Shown piece by piece: positions 1-10,550 of a stretch of 64,000 nt of DNA. Within the stretch, counting starts at the first letter, position 1. Each line of letters starts with the position of its first letter. The translations under genes were made by a program, and so were the position numbers. Origin of the DNA: an uncultured Armatimonadetes bacterium (GTDB lineage: Bacteria > Armatimonadota > Hebobacteria > Hebobacterales > Hebobacteraceae); NCBI GenBank assembly GCA_963716175.1, contig OY970296.1, forward strand, positions 4,288,001 through 4,352,000, written 5' to 3'. The notes beneath the pieces are model-generated. The model saw only the letters and a list, made by a program, of their open reading frames with translations. It made no database searches and had not been told where the DNA came from.

Positions 1-126
1 CACAAGGCCCCGGATACGGTGAGCTTCGCCAGGCTGGAACTGGAGAAGATGCGAGTCGTCGGGCTCGACCGGCAGGCGGAACAAGAGCTGCTGGGCGGGA
101 GCATCGCCCGGCTGCTGGGCCTATGA
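1..126 (+). CDS. 3' end of probable amidohydrolase-family protein (partial)
   Basis: Frame 1 reads ...FARLELEKMRVVGLDRQAEQELLGGSIARLLGL*, a typical amidohydrolase_2 C-terminus. Confidence 0.55.
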   Translation, partial: HKAPDTVSFARLELEKMRVVGLDRQAEQELLGGSIARLLGL

Positions 127-137
127 GCCGGCTGCCC

Positions 138-1367
138 TCACTGTGCGTGTGCTGCCCGAGGGCCTGCTGACGGCGCAGCAACGCGATAGAGGTGCACCGC
201 GTACGGCTCGAAGTCGTCCTCGAAGCGCCCGCCCCACATGGGGATAGTCCGCCCCTCCCCGATCACCTCCACGGCGCCATTCTCGCCCTCACCCCATGTC
301 CTCCTCAGGACCTCCAGTTTGAAGGAGCCATGGGTGGCCGCATTGCGCATGGCCACCGCGAACAGATAGATGTCGCTGCCCTGCCGCTTCACCATGATGT
401 CTATGGGGACGTTCGGGTTGGAGGTCATGACCCCGGCCGCATTCTCGATGGTAGGAGAGTTCAGGACCGGAGCAAGCGCCAGGATCTGCTGGTTGATCGC
501 CTTGACGGCGGCGCTCATCTCCGGGTCCGCGAGCAGGCCGGCCTCGATCTCCTCGGGCTGGAACTGGTGCACGAAGTAGATGATCCCCAGGGAGCCGTGG
601 ACGAGTGACATCCAGACTTCGGCCTTCACCTGGGCGGGGGTCGCCTTGCGGTCAGGGCGACTGATGTGCGTGCACTCGAGGGCGTTCCAGATCACCTTCT
701 GCCCCTGCGTCCACTGGCGAAGGCGATCCACTCCCTTGGCGATGAGCCAGAGCCAGTTCTCGCCATCGGGCAGATCCGGGTGCACCACGGGGTAGATATC
801 GAAGGAAACGAGGTCGCAGCCTTTGACATACTCGGGGTAGTCCGGGAGAGTACAGCCGATGCCCTTCCACTCGTCGTAGGCCACGCCCTGGCCCAGGTTC
901 AGCAGCACCGGCCGGGTGGGGTCGTTCCTGCGCATTTCCTGGTAGTCAGCAATGATCCTCTGGGTGGGGATGGCAGGACCATATCCGCCGCCGGGCAGCG
1001 GCTGCGCATTGTCCGGCTCATCCCCGTGCATCCAACCGATGATGATGGGCTCATCGCGATGGCGCAGGCCCGCCTGGTTCTGGTCGCAGATCACGAACAT
1101 GCCGGCCCTGCGCAGGGCTGCGAGCTGCTCCTCCGTTGGGCCCTCCCAGAGGCCGACATAGGTGTTGATGCCCAGCGCCCGATAGGCCTGCGCGTGCTTT
1201 GGGTCTTGCAGCCAGACCGCGAGCGGGAAGAACTTCGGGTCAGGAGAGGGCCCGTGCGACCAGGCCGCATAGGGGCTCTGGTGGGCAAAGGGCTCGGCCC
1301 GGCCGGCGTATGCCACCACCCCACAAATGACTGGCAGGATCAGGAGTCCGACTATGGCCCGCGTCAC
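138..1367 (-). CDS. Secreted glycoside-hydrolase-like (beta-galactosidase-like TIM barrel) protein
   Basis: Signal-peptide-like N-terminus after GTG at 1367 with AGGAGG RBS; WMHGDEPDN and SFDIYP motifs; AEVWMSLVHGSLGIIYF. Confidence 0.6.
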   Translation of the reverse strand: MTRAIVGLLILPVICGVVAYAGRAEPFAHQSPYAAWSHGPSPDPKFFPLAVWLQDPKHAQAYRALGINTYVGLWEGPTEEQLAALRRAGMFVICDQNQAGLRHRDEPIIIGWMHGDEPDNAQPLPGGGYGPAIPTQRIIADYQEMRRNDPTRPVLLNLGQGVAYDEWKGIGCTLPDYPEYVKGCDLVSFDIYPVVHPDLPDGENWLWLIAKGVDRLRQWTQGQKVIWNALECTHISRPDRKATPAQVKAEVWMSLVHGSLGIIYFVHQFQPEEIEAGLLADPEMSAAVKAINQQILALAPVLNSPTIENAAGVMTSNPNVPIDIMVKRQGSDIYLFAVAMRNAATHGSFKLEVLRRTWGEGENGAVEVIGEGRTIPMWGGRFEDDFEPYAVHLYRVAAPSAGPRAAHAQ

Positions 1368-1421
1368 CGCGCCTCCTGGTGTGACGACCGGGTGAGTATA
1401 CCCATATCCGCTCCCCCTGAC

Positions 1422-1460
1422 TAGAAGCTGTTTCATAACCTCCCCAGGGGAGGTTATGAA
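1422..1460. repeat. IS-end-like palindromic element, copy 1
   Basis: TAGAAGCTGT-TTCATAACCTCCCC-A-GGGGAGGTTATGAA (14-bp perfect arms); near-identical to 41380-41423. Confidence 0.75.
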
Positions 1461-1639
1461 GTACGCTTTAGGTGAGCGGTGGAGAAGAGAGCAGGAGACA
1501 GGTCCGCCGGGAAGTCGGCGGGCAGATCGCCGGCGCTCGACGGCTATGGCGACGGAGCGCTTCCGCCCGACGAGTCGGCGCTACAGGAGAGGGAGCGGCT
1601 GGCGTGGAACCCTCTTAGCGCATTGGGTGCGACCCGCGA

Positions 1640-3616
1640 ATGGCCCATCAGCTCGAGCCTGAGCAATCCTTCCTGCACCTGCCGCGACCCCGGGCCGTGC
1701 TACTCGGCGCCGCTCTGGCGATAGCTCTCGCCTTCCTCATCCCTTACTTCAACCTGTCCCTGAACAAGTTCGACTGGGCCTTCCGCCCGGTGCCGACCGG
1801 GCCGATCTTCCTGCTCTTTCTCCTGATCTGGCCCATCAACACGTTGCTGCGACGCTGCCGCCCGGGGTGGGCGTTCACCGGCCCCGAACTGCTGCTGGTG
1901 TATGCCATGATGGCGATCTGCGGCGCGCTGGCCAGCGAGGGACTATACGGCTACACCACCGTGAACTCGGTGCATGCCCGGTACTATGCGAGCCGCGAGA
2001 ACCGCTGGGCGGAACTGTTCCTGTCGAATCTCCCGGTCTGGCTACAGGTTGACCAGCCGGAGGCGGTGAGGTGGTTCTTCGAGGGGCGCCCAGAGGGGGC
2101 CGCCATACCCTGGCACGAATGGGTAGCGCCCATGGCGGCCTGGTCGGTGTTCGCGCTCGCGCTGTATGTCGCTTTCTTCTGCCTGGCCTCTCTGCTGCGC
2201 AAGGACTGGATCGAGGGGCAGCGACTGTCTTTCCCCATGGCCGCGCTCCCGATCGAGATGGCCGGCAACCCCGTACCCTCGGGCGGCAGTGCGTTCTTCC
2301 GCAATCCCCTGATGTGGGCCGGGTTTGCGCTGCCGGTGGTGCAATCGCTGATACAAATGGCCCACTCCTTTGCGCCCTCCGTGCCCTACTCCCCGCTGTA
2401 CTTCCACCTGGGGCGCTGGTTCGCCGGCGAGGGTCCCTGGGACTCTATCTCCGACACCTATGCTTACATCGGGTTTGAGACCATAGGCCTTCTCGCCCTG
2501 CTCCCGGCGGAAGTCTGCCTCAGCTTATGGCTCTTCTTCCTGGTGAACCGGACGCAGCTTCTCACCTTCGCCGCCCTGGGTTTTGGGCACGAGGGCCTGG
2601 GCGCGCGCGTCTTCAGCCCATCTATCTTCATCACCTACCAGGAGGCCGGGGGCTGTCTGATGCTGGCCCTCCTGCTGCTCTGGCAGTCGCGGCGTTCACT
2701 GGCGATGGCCTTCGGCGGACTCGTCGGCCGGCCTGTGCCTCACGACCCGCTGGATCCCATCTCGCACAGTGCGGCCGTGATAGGCCTGGCCTTGAGCGGC
2801 GTCTTTCTGACCTACTGGGCTTACCGCACCGGCATGGATCTCTCGGTGTTCGCCGCCCTCATGGTGGTCTTCTTCGCCTATTCGCTGGTGATGGCGCGGC
2901 TGGTGGCCGCGGCCGGCGTCTATGTCCCGGATGTGAGCATGTCACCCCGGGAGCTGTTGGTAGGCCTGGCAGGAAGCACCAGCTACTCGCCGGCCTCTCT
3001 CACCATGCTGACCTATCTGCAAGCCACCTTCATGCTGGAGTGGAAGGTGAGCTTCCTGCACTACACTGTAGATGACATGAAGATCCTGCACTCGGCCCGC
3101 CTCCCGGGCCGGCCCGCGGCCCTGGCGCTGCTGCTAGCGGTGGTGCTGATGATGCTGGTCGCGCCTTGGACGAACATCCATGCCGCCTACCAGTACGGCG
3201 CCAACAAGTTCGACATTTGGCAGTTCCGGGAAATGGGGCTGGGGCAGTTCGGGGAGCTCGCCGCCAACTTGCATACCCCCCGGGCGCCCGCTGCCTATCT
3301 CCCCCTGGGGCTGCTCTGCGGAGGAGCGGTGATGTTCGTCCTGAACTGGCTGCACACCAATTTCATCTGGTGGGGCTTGAGCCCAATCGGGTTCATCATG
3401 GGCGGCACGTGGGGCCTGGGAGATCGGATCTGGACCAATGCTCTCATCGCCTGGGTGGTGGTAGTCGGTCTGCGCAAGTTCGGGGGCCTGCGCCTCTACC
3501 GCAGATTCCGGCCCATGTTCCTGGGGATGGCGCTCGGCCACTTCGTGATCATAGGGCTGCGCAGCATGATTGACCCCATGCTAGGCCTGCACATGCAGCT
3601 CGCGGCCTGGGCGTGA
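1640..3616 (+). CDS. DUF6785/DUF6784-type polytopic membrane protein (paralog 1)
   Basis: 658 aa, many TM segments; FTGPELLLVY, WIEGQRLSFP, WWGLSPIG, KFGGLRLYRRFRPMFLG motifs shared with the two other paralogs. Confidence 0.75.
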   Translation: MAHQLEPEQSFLHLPRPRAVLLGAALAIALAFLIPYFNLSLNKFDWAFRPVPTGPIFLLFLLIWPINTLLRRCRPGWAFTGPELLLVYAMMAICGALASEGLYGYTTVNSVHARYYASRENRWAELFLSNLPVWLQVDQPEAVRWFFEGRPEGAAIPWHEWVAPMAAWSVFALALYVAFFCLASLLRKDWIEGQRLSFPMAALPIEMAGNPVPSGGSAFFRNPLMWAGFALPVVQSLIQMAHSFAPSVPYSPLYFHLGRWFAGEGPWDSISDTYAYIGFETIGLLALLPAEVCLSLWLFFLVNRTQLLTFAALGFGHEGLGARVFSPSIFITYQEAGGCLMLALLLLWQSRRSLAMAFGGLVGRPVPHDPLDPISHSAAVIGLALSGVFLTYWAYRTGMDLSVFAALMVVFFAYSLVMARLVAAAGVYVPDVSMSPRELLVGLAGSTSYSPASLTMLTYLQATFMLEWKVSFLHYTVDDMKILHSARLPGRPAALALLLAVVLMMLVAPWTNIHAAYQYGANKFDIWQFREMGLGQFGELAANLHTPRAPAAYLPLGLLCGGAVMFVLNWLHTNFIWWGLSPIGFIMGGTWGLGDRIWTNALIAWVVVVGLRKFGGLRLYRRFRPMFLGMALGHFVIIGLRSMIDPMLGLHMQLAAWA

Positions 3617-3686
3617 CAAGACGCAGGCGAGGGCTGATAGTGAAACTGCCTGAGGCATGGTATCATGCTAGCGGACCAAGCCGCCT

Positions 3687-4559
3687 GTGTTTACCGCTCT
3701 ACTGGAAGCGATGCGACCCCGGCAGTGGACGAAGAACGTCTTCGTCTTCGCTGGCATAGTCTTCGCGCGCCGCCTGTTCGACGTGCCGGCGCTGATCGTC
3801 AGCCTGGGGGCCTTCGCTCTTTTCTGCCTGCTGTCCGGCAGCGTCTATCTGGTGAACGATGTGCTGGACGCGGAGCAGGACCGGCAGCATCCGACGAAGC
3901 GCAAGCGTCCCATCGCCTCCGGCCGATTGTCGCCGGGGGTGGCGCTGGCCGCCGCCCTGCTAATCGCGGGCCTGGCGGTAGGGCTTTCGTTCACCCTGAC
4001 CACCGCGTTTGCGGTGATCGCCATCATCTACCTGGCGCTCAACCTGCTCTATTCCTCCGCGCTCAAGCACATAGTGATCCTGGACGTTTTGTCTATCGCC
4101 ATCTTCTTCGTGCTGCGGGCCGCGGCCGGCGCAGCCGCGATCTCGGTGCCCATATCCCACTGGTTGTTGATCTGCACCATCCTGCTCGCGCTTTTCGTCG
4201 CGCTCAGCAAGCGGCGGCACGAGCTGACGCTGCTGGAGAACAATGCCTCTGCCCATCGCGCCAGCCTTACTGAGTACACCCCCTATCTGCTCGATCAGAT
4301 GATCGCGGTGGTCACCGCCTCCACGCTGATGGCCTACTCCCTCTACACCGTGGACGCCAGGACTGTGCACGAGGTTGGCAGCGACCGGTTGATGTACACC
4401 ATCCCATGCGTCATCTTCGGCATCTTCCGCTATCTCTACCTGATCCATCAAAAGGGTGAGGGGGGAGACCCTGACCGCATCATCGTCTCGGACCGCCCGT
4501 TTCTCATCAACCTGGTGGTCTGGGCGGCGATCGCGGCCGCAGTCGTATACCTTCACTGA
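3687..4559 (+). CDS. Decaprenyl-phosphate phosphoribosyltransferase (UbiA prenyltransferase family)
   Basis: MRPRQWTKN, YLVNDVLDAEQDRQHPTKRKRPIASG, LSKRRHEL motifs. Confidence 0.9.
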   Translation: MFTALLEAMRPRQWTKNVFVFAGIVFARRLFDVPALIVSLGAFALFCLLSGSVYLVNDVLDAEQDRQHPTKRKRPIASGRLSPGVALAAALLIAGLAVGLSFTLTTAFAVIAIIYLALNLLYSSALKHIVILDVLSIAIFFVLRAAAGAAAISVPISHWLLICTILLALFVALSKRRHELTLLENNASAHRASLTEYTPYLLDQMIAVVTASTLMAYSLYTVDARTVHEVGSDRLMYTIPCVIFGIFRYLYLIHQKGEGGDPDRIIVSDRPFLINLVVWAAIAAAVVYLH

Positions 4560-4742
4560 GCATCCCCTCGCTCGCCTGATGTCGCGACTGCGTGACAGGC
4601 TGGTCTTGCCCTGCCGGCGGGAGCGCTCTAGACTGAGAGCGCCGTGACAGATGCTCCTGGCTAGGCGGCCGAGGGCCGTGGGGCAACGGTTGCCCTCCGT
4701 TCCGAATCTGGAATGAGAGGGTGTTTTTGTGGGGGGCGGCCC

Positions 4743-5389
4743 ATGCCAACTTTCGAGCAGATCTCGGAGCTGCTCCGAGTTGCTGTTGTCACCGACGACT
4801 CTGGCGCGGCGCACCGACTGACGGGTGCGCTGCGAGAGTCGGGTTGTGCCGTGCGAGCTTTCTCCCTCACCGGCCCCTCCGCGTGCGCTCGCGTGCGTGA
4901 GCTGAATCCAGCCGTGGTAGTGCTGCGGGTAGGCGGTCCCGGGGCCTCTTCGGCCTCCAGCTATCAAGACATCGCGGGCAACCACGGGCCTGCATTGGTC
5001 TTGGTCACACCCGCGGCCTCAGGCGAAAGCCTGGGCCTGGCCCGCGAGAGCGGCGCCTTCATGCACCTGGTGGAGCCCGTGATCCCACAGGCGCTGGTGG
5101 CCGCAGTCTGGCTGGCCTGCCGCGGGGTGAGGAATTGTGGCAGCTGAGCCGCCGCGTGACCGGGCTGCGAGAGTCGTTCGTCTCCCTGAGAGTAGTGGAA
5201 CGGGCGAAAGGGATCCTGATGCGACGCCTGCAACTGACGGAGCAGGAGGCGCACCGACGGCTCCAGGTGGAGAGCCGTAACCGCAATCGCAAGCTGGTGG
5301 AGACGGCCTGGCATGTGATCCAAGCCGATGCCCGGCTCTCCCGCGGCGGGACATCGCGTTCTCGGGCTGCCCGGTTCACTCCTCGCTGA
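4743..5389 (+). CDS. ANTAR-domain regulator with degenerate receiver domain (frameshift near 5125)
   Basis: Receiver-like N-half in one frame; ANTAR motif VVERAKGILMRRLQLTEQEAHRRLQVESRNRNRKL in ORF 5135-5389. Confidence 0.75.
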
Positions 5390-5452
5390 GGCAGAAAGCT
5401 ACGGCCTGGAGGCGCAGGGAGCTGGCGGTGGCGCAGCGAAACTGGGTTCGGC

Positions 5453-6667
5453 ATGCCGGATTCCTCGCATCCTGCCTTGCGTGGTCTGCCTCGCAGCCGC
5501 GGCGATCCGCTAGTCGAAGCTGAACTGCGCCGCCGCATCCGAGCCCGGGGGCGGATCTCATTCGCGGAGTTCATGGAAGTCGCCCTCTACCTGCCCTCCG
5601 CGGGGTACTATCAGGTCCACGCCGAGATCGGCCCGCAGGGCGATTTCCTGACCAGCCCGGAAACCCACCCCGCCTTCGGCGCGCTGCTGGCCCGGCTGTG
5701 CATGCTGATGTGGCGAACCACGGGCTCGCCGGGGCAGTTCGGGGTGATCGAGTACGGCGCCGGCACCGGCTCTCTCTGTCGCCAGATCCTGGAGGCAGTG
5801 CCGCTGCTCAGTCCCGGGTTCGCAGCCGCACTGGAGTACGGCATCGTGGAGGTGAGTTCAGCCCTGCGAGCGCGGCAGCAAGCGCGCCTGGCCGATCTCG
5901 GTGATCGCGTGCAGTGGGTGCAGCCGCGAGAGCCAACGCCGCCTGCCGCGGGCTGTGTTCTCGCCAACGAAGTCGTGGACGCCTCACCAGTGCATCGGGT
6001 GCGCGTGATCAACGGCCGGGTGCGAGAGATCTATGTGGGCCTGGCGGCGGATCGCTACCTGGAACTGCTCGGGCCGGTCTCCCGGCCCGAACTGGAGTCT
6101 CGCCTGCGCGATGCCGGCGTGCAGCCGCCCGAGGGCAGCACACTGGAGATCAACCTGGCAGCGCGAGAGTGGCTGCGCGAAGCAAGCAATCGCCTGAAGA
6201 GCGGATACATGGTGATCATAGATTTCGGCGGCAGCGAGCGCGATCTCTACGCTGGCGCGAGCAGGCGCGGCGGCCTCAAGTGCTTCTACCGTCACGCCTG
6301 GACTGATGATCCCTATGACCGGCCGGGATGGCAGGACCTGACGGCCCCGGTTGACTTCACCGACCTGGCGCGGAGCGGGAGAGAGCTGGGCCTGGAGGTG
6401 ATGGCCGAGCTCAGCCAACGCGAGCTGTTGGCAAGCCTCGGACTCAAGGCAGCGCTTTCCCGACTTGAAACCATGGGCCTGCCCGTAGTGGAGCGCGAGA
6501 GGAACAAGAAGGCGATGCAGGCCCTGGTGGACCCAGCAGGGCTCGGCGGCTACCGCGTGCTGGTTCAGGGCAAAGCTGCCCCGGCCTTCACGATGGTGGC
6601 GGCTTGCGGAGGCGAGCTTCAGCCACTTCCGCTGCTGCCGCAGGAACGCGTTGACTGGCCTGAATGA
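5453..6667 (+). CDS. SAM-dependent methyltransferase, MidA/NDUFAF7 family
   Basis: FAEFMEVALY..GYY, GDFLTSPE, IEYGAGTG, ANEVVDA, QDLTAPVDF motifs. Confidence 0.9.
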   Translation: MPDSSHPALRGLPRSRGDPLVEAELRRRIRARGRISFAEFMEVALYLPSAGYYQVHAEIGPQGDFLTSPETHPAFGALLARLCMLMWRTTGSPGQFGVIEYGAGTGSLCRQILEAVPLLSPGFAAALEYGIVEVSSALRARQQARLADLGDRVQWVQPREPTPPAAGCVLANEVVDASPVHRVRVINGRVREIYVGLAADRYLELLGPVSRPELESRLRDAGVQPPEGSTLEINLAAREWLREASNRLKSGYMVIIDFGGSERDLYAGASRRGGLKCFYRHAWTDDPYDRPGWQDLTAPVDFTDLARSGRELGLEVMAELSQRELLASLGLKAALSRLETMGLPVVERERNKKAMQALVDPAGLGGYRVLVQGKAAPAFTMVAACGGELQPLPLLPQERVDWPE

Positions 6668-6734
6668 AGAGCGGGGGCAGGGAGCACGCCGCCTGGGAAG
6701 AAGACACCGCGCAGAGGAGGGGTAAGCACACGCG

Positions 6735-7724
6735 ATGGCCTGGCCCGGTTTGCTGCGCGCTATGCTGCGACGGTTGAGCGGCCGCCCGTCGGGCGCGGGC
6801 AGTGAGGAGAAGGCCGCTGCAGATCCTCTTACGCGCGTCTCTGCGTTGTGGGCCGACCGCGCGGCCGAGAGCGGGGACTGCCCTGCTCTGCCTGGCGTGT
6901 GGACCTCCCATCCGGTGGTGCGAGCGGCGATGAACCGGCGCATCTCGGGCCGCGGAGATGTGGAGTGGCTGGCCTGGGCGAAGCAAGCCTTTCTCCCGGA
7001 GCCGGTGGGGCGGGCGCTGAGCCTGGGCTGCGGCGGCGGACAGATGGAGCGGGAGGCGGTCACGCTCGGGCTCTGCCGGGAGATCGAAGGTGTGGATGTC
7101 TCCCGAGGTGCAGTGGAGCTGGCCCGCCAGCGGGCGGAGGCGGCCGGGCTCGGCGGCATCAGCTATCGCGTCGCGGATCTCAACTCCATCCTGCTTCCGT
7201 CCGCCCGCTACGATCTGGTGATCGTGAAGCAGGCCTTGCATCACATCCAGGCCCTCGAGCACGTGCTGGACCAAGTGAAGGGTTCGCTGCGGCCAGGCGG
7301 TTGGTTTCTTGTGAATGAGTACGTCGGGCCCTCTCGGTTCCAGTGGACTGACCTGCAACTGGAGATCATGAACCAGCTCCTGGCTTGCCTGCCGGAGCGC
7401 TTGCGGAGGGTCGGCGAAGCGGTGCGAGAGCGCTTGGAGCGGGCGACGCCGGAGCAGATCGGGGCTCACGATCCGTCGGAGGCAGTGTGCTCGGCCGAGA
7501 TCGTGCCCTTGGTGGAGGCGCGCTTCGAGGTGGTGGCGCGGCGTGACTTCGGTGGCACGCTGCTCAACCCGATGCTGGAGGGAATCATCGCCAGTTTCGA
7601 TGTCGCAGACGAGAACGATACGGCCATGCTACGTCTGCTCATCGCCTTCGAGGACATCCTGCTGGAGCGGGGCGTGCTGACGAGCGATTTCGCGGTGCTG
7701 GTGGTGAGGCCGCGAGTTTCCTAG
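6735..7724 (+). CDS. Class I SAM-dependent methyltransferase
   Basis: LSLGCGGG motif I, ALHH, NEYVGPSRFQW, DPSEAV. Confidence 0.85.
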   Translation: MAWPGLLRAMLRRLSGRPSGAGSEEKAAADPLTRVSALWADRAAESGDCPALPGVWTSHPVVRAAMNRRISGRGDVEWLAWAKQAFLPEPVGRALSLGCGGGQMEREAVTLGLCREIEGVDVSRGAVELARQRAEAAGLGGISYRVADLNSILLPSARYDLVIVKQALHHIQALEHVLDQVKGSLRPGGWFLVNEYVGPSRFQWTDLQLEIMNQLLACLPERLRRVGEAVRERLERATPEQIGAHDPSEAVCSAEIVPLVEARFEVVARRDFGGTLLNPMLEGIIASFDVADENDTAMLRLLIAFEDILLERGVLTSDFAVLVVRPRVS

Positions 7725-8452
7725 GCTCCCGTGGGACCATGGCTGGCCTGCATGGGGTACTGGGCCCAGACCTTTCCGTCGAGCCTTCTGCCAGCGGCCG
7801 TGCGACGCACACCGCCCCATTGCTTGAAGAAGAACGGCACGCCAGCAGCGAGGCATTCGTCTCTGATGAGGCGCGCCCATTCCGCCTTCATAGGGCGCGC
7901 GTGGGGCCCTGACTCGCCACCCGCGATGACCCAATGGACTCCGCGCAGGGGGATGTTGCAGATCATCCCAAGCAAGGGCTCGAAAGACACGAACCTAACC
8001 GCGGCCGGCACTTCGCGGAGGCAGTCTAGCCTCCAGGCATAGTCCTGGGTTTCAACTGTCACTCCGGCCCACACGTTCCGAGGCCACGAGAGCTTAGGCG
8101 AGAGCTCGGCCAAGCGCTCTGCGCGTTTGGTCAGCACCTGGAAAATGTGATGGTGAGCAGTCTCCATCACCTCGAACACGGACTGAATGAAGTCGAGCGG
8201 TACCTCCCGGTGGAACAGGTCACCCATCGAGTTCACGAACACCATCTGTGGCTTCGACCAACCAAGCGGTATCCTCAAGGCATTCGGGTGCACCGTGACG
8301 CGGAAGCCGTTCCGGTAGCGCGCCTGCCCCATCGCCTTCAATCGCAGACTCATGCGCTCGGCGTAGCAGTGCTCGCAGCCAGAGCTGACCTTGGTGCAGC
8401 CTGTGACCGGGTTCCAGGTTGAGTTGGTCCATTCGATCGCGCTCAAGCTCAT
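7721..8452 (-). CDS. DUF5131 / phage Gp37-Gp68 family three-Cys protein
   Basis: IEWTNSTWNPVTGCTKVSSGCEHCYA, FVNSMGDLFH, GGESG, FFKQWGG. Confidence 0.92.
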   Translation of the reverse strand: MSLSAIEWTNSTWNPVTGCTKVSSGCEHCYAERMSLRLKAMGQARYRNGFRVTVHPNALRIPLGWSKPQMVFVNSMGDLFHREVPLDFIQSVFEVMETAHHHIFQVLTKRAERLAELSPKLSWPRNVWAGVTVETQDYAWRLDCLREVPAAVRFVSFEPLLGMICNIPLRGVHWVIAGGESGPHARPMKAEWARLIRDECLAAGVPFFFKQWGGVRRTAAGRRLDGKVWAQYPMQASHGPTGA

Positions 8453-8475
8453 CAGCCCCTCCTCGACCGTCCTCG

Positions 8476-9310
8476 CTACTGCCTGGTTCGGCGATAGCTT
8501 CTGAAGATGTCAGAGGCGATCCTGCCGCCGGTGGCGTTACACGAAGCAAAGACGATGTAGTAAAGGGGAGCGTTGTTCGCGGTACTCATCAGGATCGGGT
8601 CGGGAACGTATGTGAAGCCGGCCACTCTTTTGAGCCGCTCGCAGTACGCTCCGACAATAGCATCCCCGTGTGCTTTCTCGGGGTACTCCTTGAAGAGTGT
8701 GCTCTTGGCCGAATGAACAACCTCCCGCCAGGAATCATCACCCCAGAACGCAGTCATGCGAAGCTTGTCCTCCTCTGCGGCCTGCGACGGATCGCGCCGC
8801 CCGACGTTCCGGTTGATGTCCATGATGGGGAAGTTGAGGAGCAGCTCGATGGACTGCTCCTTCCCCGCGGCCTCCACAACCGACCACTTGTAGTGTAGGC
8901 CATACGGATCTAGGAGCCAGAGTGCCCGACGGAAGTCCCTCCGACGATAGCGAGGCAGCACTTCCTCGAGGAGCACTTCGTTGCAGTCGCCGGTGTAGAC
9001 ATAGGTGTTGGGATATGCCTGCATCTGCTGCTTGAGAGCAGCGGTCTTCACGGGGTCGAGGTCAATGAGAATGGTACTCTCGGAACCGAGGGGTGACATT
9101 CTGAGCTATGAGTGGAGACCCCGACACCAGCTCACCTGTCTCCTTCGACCGCACGACACCTGCTCCCGCGAACGCGTCGACGTATACATGCTGCAGTTTC
9201 GGCTGCTTGGCGAGTATAACCGAATATGCGGCCGCGTACTTGCGGATGATCTCTAGCTTGATCTCGGACCACGGCCCAATCTCGTCCAACTTCAGGCTCC
9301 GCTCTGGCAC
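8476..9310 (-). CDS. tcmP: Three-Cys-motif partner protein TcmP (methyltransferase-like), frameshift near 9073
   Basis: GPWSEIKL..YVDAFAGAG..GSPLIA in ORF 9062-9310 continues as LIDLD..GDCN..LDPYG in ORF 8476-9099; adjacent to DUF5131. Confidence 0.8.
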
Positions 9311-9368
9311 AGGCCCCTCCTTGTGATGCTGCTGAGCGGCGTTATGCTATACCAAACTGCTGTTTGCG

Positions 9369-10533
9369 TCAAGCCCTCAGAGCGGGCACCCCTCCATCCG
9401 CGTCCTACACCACTCGTAGAACTGCCCGTTGGGCACTTCCTCGGAGGCGAGGAGCATGGGGGAATAGGGGTGGCCTGAGAGGTAGGCGAGGTGGCTGTCC
9501 AGGGCGCACTGGTCGGTCTCTCGGTCTATCTCCAGCAAGTGGCGGAGGGAGCTGTCGGGGACGCGGGACTGCTCTTCAGGCGGGACGGCGCAGAGCCAGG
9601 TCAGCCGGTAGACGTCTTCGCTGGTGAGCGAGAGGTCGGAGAAGCGCTGCTCGATGTCGCGGGCAAGATCGTTATCCTGGTCTGCGTAGTCGACGACAAA
9701 CTTCTCCAGGGTGTCTATGGCGTCCGCGAGGAAAACGCCGAGGGCGACGCTGAGGTTGTGGACCTTGCCGGCGGCGATGATGGCGGCATCATCTGACGCG
9801 CCTCCCCCAGCCGCTCCCGGATGTACATGTAGCGGATGCGCTCGCTGCCGAAGGCGTCGGGGCCCGGGTCGTCCACCAGCAGCCCCTCGCGCTGGAAGGC
9901 CGCGAGGTCATTGGCGTGAGCGCGTTTGGCGAGCTGATCACCATCGAGACCGAGCCGCTCCATGGCCTCGACATCCACGAAACGGCAGCGGCCGCCGCCG
10001 ATGCGGACGCCGGTGCGGCGCTCCACCTCGAGGCGGACATCGGAATCATCCCGCAGTCCGCCCAGGTAGAGGCCGCGCAACACGTCAGGAGGGTTGACGG
10101 TGAGGTGGCGCAGCACCCCACATCCGATCAGCCCCTCCCCTATCTCGTTCACCAGAGTGGCCCCGGCCCGGCCGGCCACGGCGGCGTCGGTCCAAGCCAC
10201 GACTTCATCAATCAGGTCCTGGCGCTGAAGAGCCACCGCGCGGGGGTTTCGCTGCAAGGCCTCCACGATGTCATCCATCTCGGTGTTGGGGAAGCGCCGG
10301 CCGGCGAAGGAGCCGTGGCCCATCTGGGCGTGTCCTTCCACCGATTGCATCAGGATGAGCTCGGCCGCGGGCTGGGTGGTGCGCAGGCGCATGGTGTAGA
10401 GCATGCGCTGGAAGTCCTCGCGGATGAGGTCGGCGGGCGAGACCGCGGAGCGCCGCGGAGACTGGTGGGCGCGCTGCTGATCTGCGCGGTGATGGTGGTG
10501 AGGGTGGTGATGTTTGCGAGGCATGGGTGCCAT
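9369..10533 (-). CDS. Hypothetical protein with His-rich N-terminus (frameshift near 9800)
   Basis: ATG 10533 with GAGGAG RBS; after a G-run the reading continues GASDDAAIIAAG..FLADAIDTLEKF.. to TGA at 9369. Confidence 0.55.
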
Positions 10534-10550
10534 CTCCTCATCGGCAACTG

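Noticed and set aside
4681-4695. ANTAR-binding hairpin GGGCAACGGTTGCCC
   Set aside because: Single hairpin, loop is not a clean hexaloop, no second motif
7721-8452. Prophage inferred from the Gp37/Gp68 name
   Set aside because: No integrase, structural or replication phage genes nearby
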